Assembly (NCBI GenBank): GCA_965233585.1 | Contig: CBDDTI010000745.1 | Span: forward strand, 256,001 to 320,000 | Direction of reading: 5' to 3' | DNA length: 64,000 nucleotides | Source of the DNA: a bacterium | GTDB taxonomy: Bacteria > SAR324 > NAC60-12 | Part shown: positions 60,315-64,000 of the stretch, in pieces | How positions within the stretch are numbered: the first letter of the stretch is position 1 | Layout: each line of letters starts with the position of its first letter | Program-made: the position numbers and the translations under genes | Notes under the pieces: generated by a model | The model's input: only the letters and a program-made list of their open reading frames with translations | Told to the model about the DNA's origin: nothing | Databases searched by the model: none

Positions 60315-61852
60315 GTCTTCCTAAACACACCATGTTGAAATCTCAACAAATCTATTTTTTGTTGTTATTGGGCTTTCTTGCCCTCTTCAACTACTTCAAT
60401 TTTGACATGGTCACGATTCAATACAGCACTTTGGGAGAAGTCCGTTACATGTGGTGGGACGAGTGGTTGCATGTCAAAGGACTTTTGAGAATGCAAAGCC
60501 TTCAAACATTAGAGCTGATTCACCCTGCCTACACTGCCTTTTATATTCATCTCTCCTACCTCATTAGTGCTTTGCTTTCACAAGGCACACCGATTCCTTT
60601 TGCTGAGTTTGTGCAAGGTTCGCTTTTGGCTTCCAGCCTTGTAATCCAGCTTTCTGTCATTTTGTTTTATGTTTTGGTGAGTCAACTGACAAAAAACAAG
60701 GCATTTGCGTTGTTGTGTGCTGTTTTGTTTGGAACGCATAGGTGGGTGCTTTTCCATTCTGCCGTCATGCACCCAGAACCTCCAATGATTTTTGGAAGCA
60801 CACTTGCCTTAATCGCATCTGCCGCTTTTTTGACCAATGGAAAAACAAAAATGCTTGTCTTTGCCTCCATTGGTTGTGCCATAGCGATTGCCTCTAAACC
60901 TCAAGGCTTGTTAATCTTACCTGCTTATGCTGGCATCGTTTTGTATTATTTTTTCACTCACAAGGTATCCTTGACGAAAGTCTTGAAAAAAGCGGTCTGT
61001 GCCGCAACTGCTTTGATCATTTCCCTTTTGATATTGACACCTTACCAAATCCTTCATTTAGACAAATTGCTAGCAGGATTACAAAAGGAGTCGCAAGTTC
61101 AAAATGTTGTAGAGACGTCCCAAGTTTGGAACTGGCTCAACTACCTTGCCTCCAATGAATATCTAGGCACAACTTATCTACTCATTCTCATTTTGGGAGG
61201 TGTGCTTTATTTTTTTGAAAGAAAAAACATTTCTCTTGTCCAACGTGCCGTCTGGGTTAGCTCATTCTTTTACCTGACCTTTGGTTCTCTTTACGTGGTG
61301 TTGGAAGTCAATAATCTCATTGTTCGTTATCTGGTGCATACCTTGCCTGCTTTGGCATTACTGGTTGCCAGTTGTTTCTTGCTTTTGATGAAGCATCGTT
61401 ACAAAAAAGGCAATCTTTTCATCAAGTTGCTCATGTCTCTTGTTTTGATTGGGGGCATACAACAGCAGATAAAGCATGCAAGGTTGAGCTTTTCAGGACG
61501 AGAGACAGCACTCAATGAAATTCAGCAACTTCAACAATGGACTCAAGAACTGGAACAGCTGGTTGAAGCAAAGACCAAAGTTGCAGGTTTGAACTTTAGA
61601 TTTTTACGAGACACGCATTTTGAATGGACTGAAAAATACGGCATTTTTGAGGTGCAGGACTACCCTTTTGTGATTTTAAACACGCATTACACAGGGTTTT
61701 TAGAAGGTGCAGGTGAGAGGAAGAAGCAAGAGATTATGGAGTTTCAAAAAATACTAGACACCATGACCCAAAAACTTCTTGCTCATCGCTACCAGCTTGT
61801 CAAACAAGGGTTCAATGGGACAATCAAAGTTTATCAAAGACCCAATCACTAA
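60311..61852 (+). CDS. Polytopic membrane protein, probable GT-C glycosyltransferase (ArnT/PMT-like)
   Basis: DE motif in first loop (WWDE), HP.Y, SKPQG, RYL; many TM segments. Confidence 0.65.
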   Translation: MSLPKHTMLKSQQIYFLLLLGFLALFNYFNFDMVTIQYSTLGEVRYMWWDEWLHVKGLLRMQSLQTLELIHPAYTAFYIHLSYLISALLSQGTPIPFAEFVQGSLLASSLVIQLSVILFYVLVSQLTKNKAFALLCAVLFGTHRWVLFHSAVMHPEPPMIFGSTLALIASAAFLTNGKTKMLVFASIGCAIAIASKPQGLLILPAYAGIVLYYFFTHKVSLTKVLKKAVCAATALIISLLILTPYQILHLDKLLAGLQKESQVQNVVETSQVWNWLNYLASNEYLGTTYLLILILGGVLYFFERKNISLVQRAVWVSSFFYLTFGSLYVVLEVNNLIVRYLVHTLPALALLVASCFLLLMKHRYKKGNLFIKLLMSLVLIGGIQQQIKHARLSFSGRETALNEIQQLQQWTQELEQLVEAKTKVAGLNFRFLRDTHFEWTEKYGIFEVQDYPFVILNTHYTGFLEGAGERKKQEIMEFQKILDTMTQKLLAHRYQLVKQGFNGTIKVYQRPNH

Positions 61853-61874
61853 GATTTTATAGCGATTTTAATGC

Positions 61875-61903
61875 TTGAATTTCTGATTCCAATCAACTAG
61901 AAT
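61875..61903 (+). promoter_or_regulatory. Putative sigma70 promoter of ssrA
   Basis: TTGAAT-17 nt-TAGAAT. Confidence 0.65.
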
Positions 61904-61948
61904 GCACCTTGATTCGTTCAATTCACTCACATCAAACACATCACAAAA

Positions 61949-62319
61949 GGGGGCGATACGGCTTCGACTGGAAGCGAAAGAAAAAGATGCAAGTCGCAGG
62001 TAATACTCTTGGCTGCGTAAAAAGGAGTATTGAAAATCTTAGCTGCAAACAACGCAGACTACACTCCAGCTGCAGCACTCGCTGCTTGAGCTAACGGAGC
62101 GGCTTCAGTGAGGCTTGCCTAAAACGTCATTGAAGTTGGAATACTAAGTTAGGCTGGCTTGATGTTGCCTTCCAGACATCAAGTGAGACTTTGGAAGTTT
62201 TCTAATAGACGGGAGTTTGCACCCAAATCTATCAGAGAAATTCAAAATGCAGACTAAACTTGTAGAATCTTTTTTGGAAACTCTTCAGGACGCGGGTTCA
62301 ACTCCCGCCGCCTCCACCA
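61949..62319 (+). ncRNA. ssrA: tmRNA; tag ANNADYTPAAALAA*
   Basis: 5' GGGGGCG pairs with 3' CGCCTCC-ACCA with G3.U wobble; T-arm GCGGGTTCAACTCCCGC; tag ORF 62045-62089. Confidence 0.96.
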
Positions 62320-62486
62320 GTCTTTTTGTCAATCACTTGACTTGCAAAGTGTTGCTGATTCAGTCTAACCCATTCAGAATTGCCTTTGGTTTTTGTCTCT
62401 CCTGTAAAAAAGGAATCATAGCATTGGTTGTGATAGTTCGCTTGAAACTCCAGTAGTGAAAGAGTAACATTCTTCTAAAAATCATT

Positions 62487-62717
62487 ATGGATAGAAAAAC
62501 ATTAGAAAATTTGAGATTTAAGCACGGAAAGATACTTGATAGAAAAACAATCATTCATCTCTCTAGGTTGAAAGAGAGAAATAAAGCGCCTGTATTGGAT
62601 ACCCATTCTTTTAAAGAAAAAACACCAGAGATTCAAGAGGTACTGAAACCACGACTTGATGACGCTTTAAAAATTCTATTGGAGGAAAGAGAAATAGATG
62701 ACAACACTCACCGCTGA
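62487..62717 (+). CDS. Small hypothetical protein
   Basis: 76-aa ORF in AT-rich region after ssrA. Confidence 0.45.
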   Translation: MDRKTLENLRFKHGKILDRKTIIHLSRLKERNKAPVLDTHSFKEKTPEIQEVLKPRLDDALKILLEEREIDDNTHR

Positions 62718-62805
62718 TGAACAAGAAGAATTTAGAATGTGTTACCATGCCCACTGCGTTTGAGAGATTGATTTGTTTAATAATTTTATTTTTTAGGAGT
62801 TGATT

Positions 62806-63033
62806 ATGGAAACTGCAACGATAGAAATCCCCTTAGAAATCAAAAAAGAATTTGAAATCTTGGCAAAAGAAAGAGGGCAAGAATTTAAAAAATTTATTAT
62901 TGATTTACTTTTGGAGAGCGCAGAAATCATTGAAGATAGAGAACTTGGAGAAAAGGCTATCAAAGCAAGAGAAGAAGATTATATTGGACACGAAAAATCT
63001 TTAGAATTGCTAAATCGTATCAATAATGCTTAA
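62806..63033 (+). CDS. Probable type II antitoxin (RHH-like N-terminus, acidic C-terminus)
   Basis: TIEIP.E.K..FE.LAKERG...IED..LGE.A..A.EE..IG.E.S; AGGAG RBS; overlaps toxin-like ORF. Confidence 0.65.
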   Translation: METATIEIPLEIKKEFEILAKERGQEFKKFIIDLLLESAEIIEDRELGEKAIKAREEDYIGHEKSLELLNRINNA

Positions 63034-63169
63034 AGTCAATTTTTCTAATCAAGCAGAGAAAAAGTTAGAGTTTTATGAAAAAAGATTAGTTCAAATTGCC
63101 AAAAGAATTTCCTCAAAAATATCTCAAATTTCTAAAATGATGGAACTTGTTATTAAAGGGAAAAAATGA
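63026..63169 (+). pseudogene. Truncated RelE/ParE-like toxin (47 aa)
   Basis: MLKVNFSNQAEKKLEFYEKRLVQIAKRISSKISQI matches RelE beta1-alpha1-alpha2; catalytic C-terminal half absent. Confidence 0.6.
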
Positions 63170-63438
63170 ATCATACTTTCAAAATGACTTTGCTTTTTGG
63201 GGTCAACATCTTATTTATCCTAGGTTTTTACATGGCAGGGATTTATCAGAACTGGGATATGGAAAAAACTTTTTCAGAGTTAGACTTACTTCAAGAATCT
63301 GATGATCTTTTCATGCTTGTGTCCTTTCTTATAGGAATCTGCACGTTGTTTATCGCAAACTCTTTCATCCTTGCATTCAGAGATCACTCTATTTCAGAAG
63401 AGTCTTTAAAAGACTACCTCAATGACTTAAAAGGCTAG
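63166..63438 (+). CDS. Small 2-TM hypothetical membrane protein
   Basis: Two hydrophobic segments; ATGA overlap with preceding ORF. Confidence 0.6.
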   Translation: MNHTFKMTLLFGVNILFILGFYMAGIYQNWDMEKTFSELDLLQESDDLFMLVSFLIGICTLFIANSFILAFRDHSISEESLKDYLNDLKG

Positions 63439-63763
63439 TTTTTAAAAATCATTGAATACATCACAGGCGAACGTTTTCAAGCTGCAAAAGTTTTTTGTAG
63501 CCCAAATTCATAGAACGGGGGTTAAACAAACAGCAACTTTAGCAGTCTTGCAATCCTCATCAACTCCTACAACTCCCCAAATTTGAACGTTCTTGACATG
63601 TCGTGTTACAATGCACGCTACTTTGAGAATTGATTTTTTGCTTTGGACGGGTTTTTTCCTTTTTGAGACTTCCTGCCCTTGAGCTTTGAATTTCAATTTT
63701 TCAAGTCTGTTGGAACTGGAGCGGTTTCAGTTTCATTTAAATCATCATTATTAGGAGTCTATT

Positions 63764-64000
63764 ATGCCAAGTGTCATGTTATCAGAAAATCTTCTGTCAG
63801 GGGGGGGGCTTTTTCTTACAAGCCATATTTAGCTTTGGGATTTGCCTTTTTGTTGGCTTGTACGCCACCAGCAGAAGAAAGTGAAGAGTCAGAGAGGACC
63901 AAAGCCTCGTGTGGGGTTTCTGCCAGCGGTAATGTTCAAGTGGGGTCTGAATACACTGCTGACTTGAGCTGTCAGTTGCCCGGTATTTATCAGGGAAAGA
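63764..64000 (+). pseudogene. Lipoprotein gene frameshifted at a G9 tract (runs off window)
   Basis: AGGAG+ATG 63764; G9 at 63800-63808 leads to TAG 63830; shifted frame gives KPYLALGFAFLLA-CTPPAEES... open to window end. Confidence 0.7.

Noticed and set aside
61909..62456. ORFs 61909-62094 and 62217-62456
   Set aside because: Overlap the tmRNA gene; not independent CDS
62320..64000. Intact prophage or ICE at ssrA
   Set aside because: No integrase, structural genes or duplicated ssrA 3' end within the window

Overview
AT-rich bacterial chromosome segment (about 40% GC by eye; gene content suggests a Gram-negative delta-proteobacterium-like or SAR324-like organism, which is inference only). 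It is mostly housekeeping: end of the his operon with a hisA-hisF fusion, tatA, an atypical RelA/SpoT, pdxA, ribBA, a GldAFG-like ABC system, malQ, a fragmented nuo operon, eno, fabZ/skp/gatC, galE, oadGAB, an LTA-synthase-family gene and tmRNA. There are three accessory hotspots. (1) A 2263-aa mosaic secreted protein with FG-GAP motifs, beta-helix, an embedded PDZ, 3x126-aa repeats and an internal lipobox-like segment. (2) An 8.8-kb unit (30627-39420) bounded by inverted IS1-family elements and an 8-bp direct repeat. It carries three length-variant DUF1640/CCDC90-like coiled-coil genes, about nine GTCATT-type palindromes, a third IS copy, and a 1085-aa repeat-containing surface lipoprotein with a poly-T promoter spacer and a structured 5' UTR. 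The inner IS ends sit in the centre of CCCC-N9-GGGGAAT hairpins, and their flanks suggest an IS-mediated inversion. (3) An AT-rich stretch after tmRNA with an antitoxin plus truncated RelE-like toxin, and a lipoprotein gene put out of frame by a G9 tract. All family calls are from motif recognition, not database searches.
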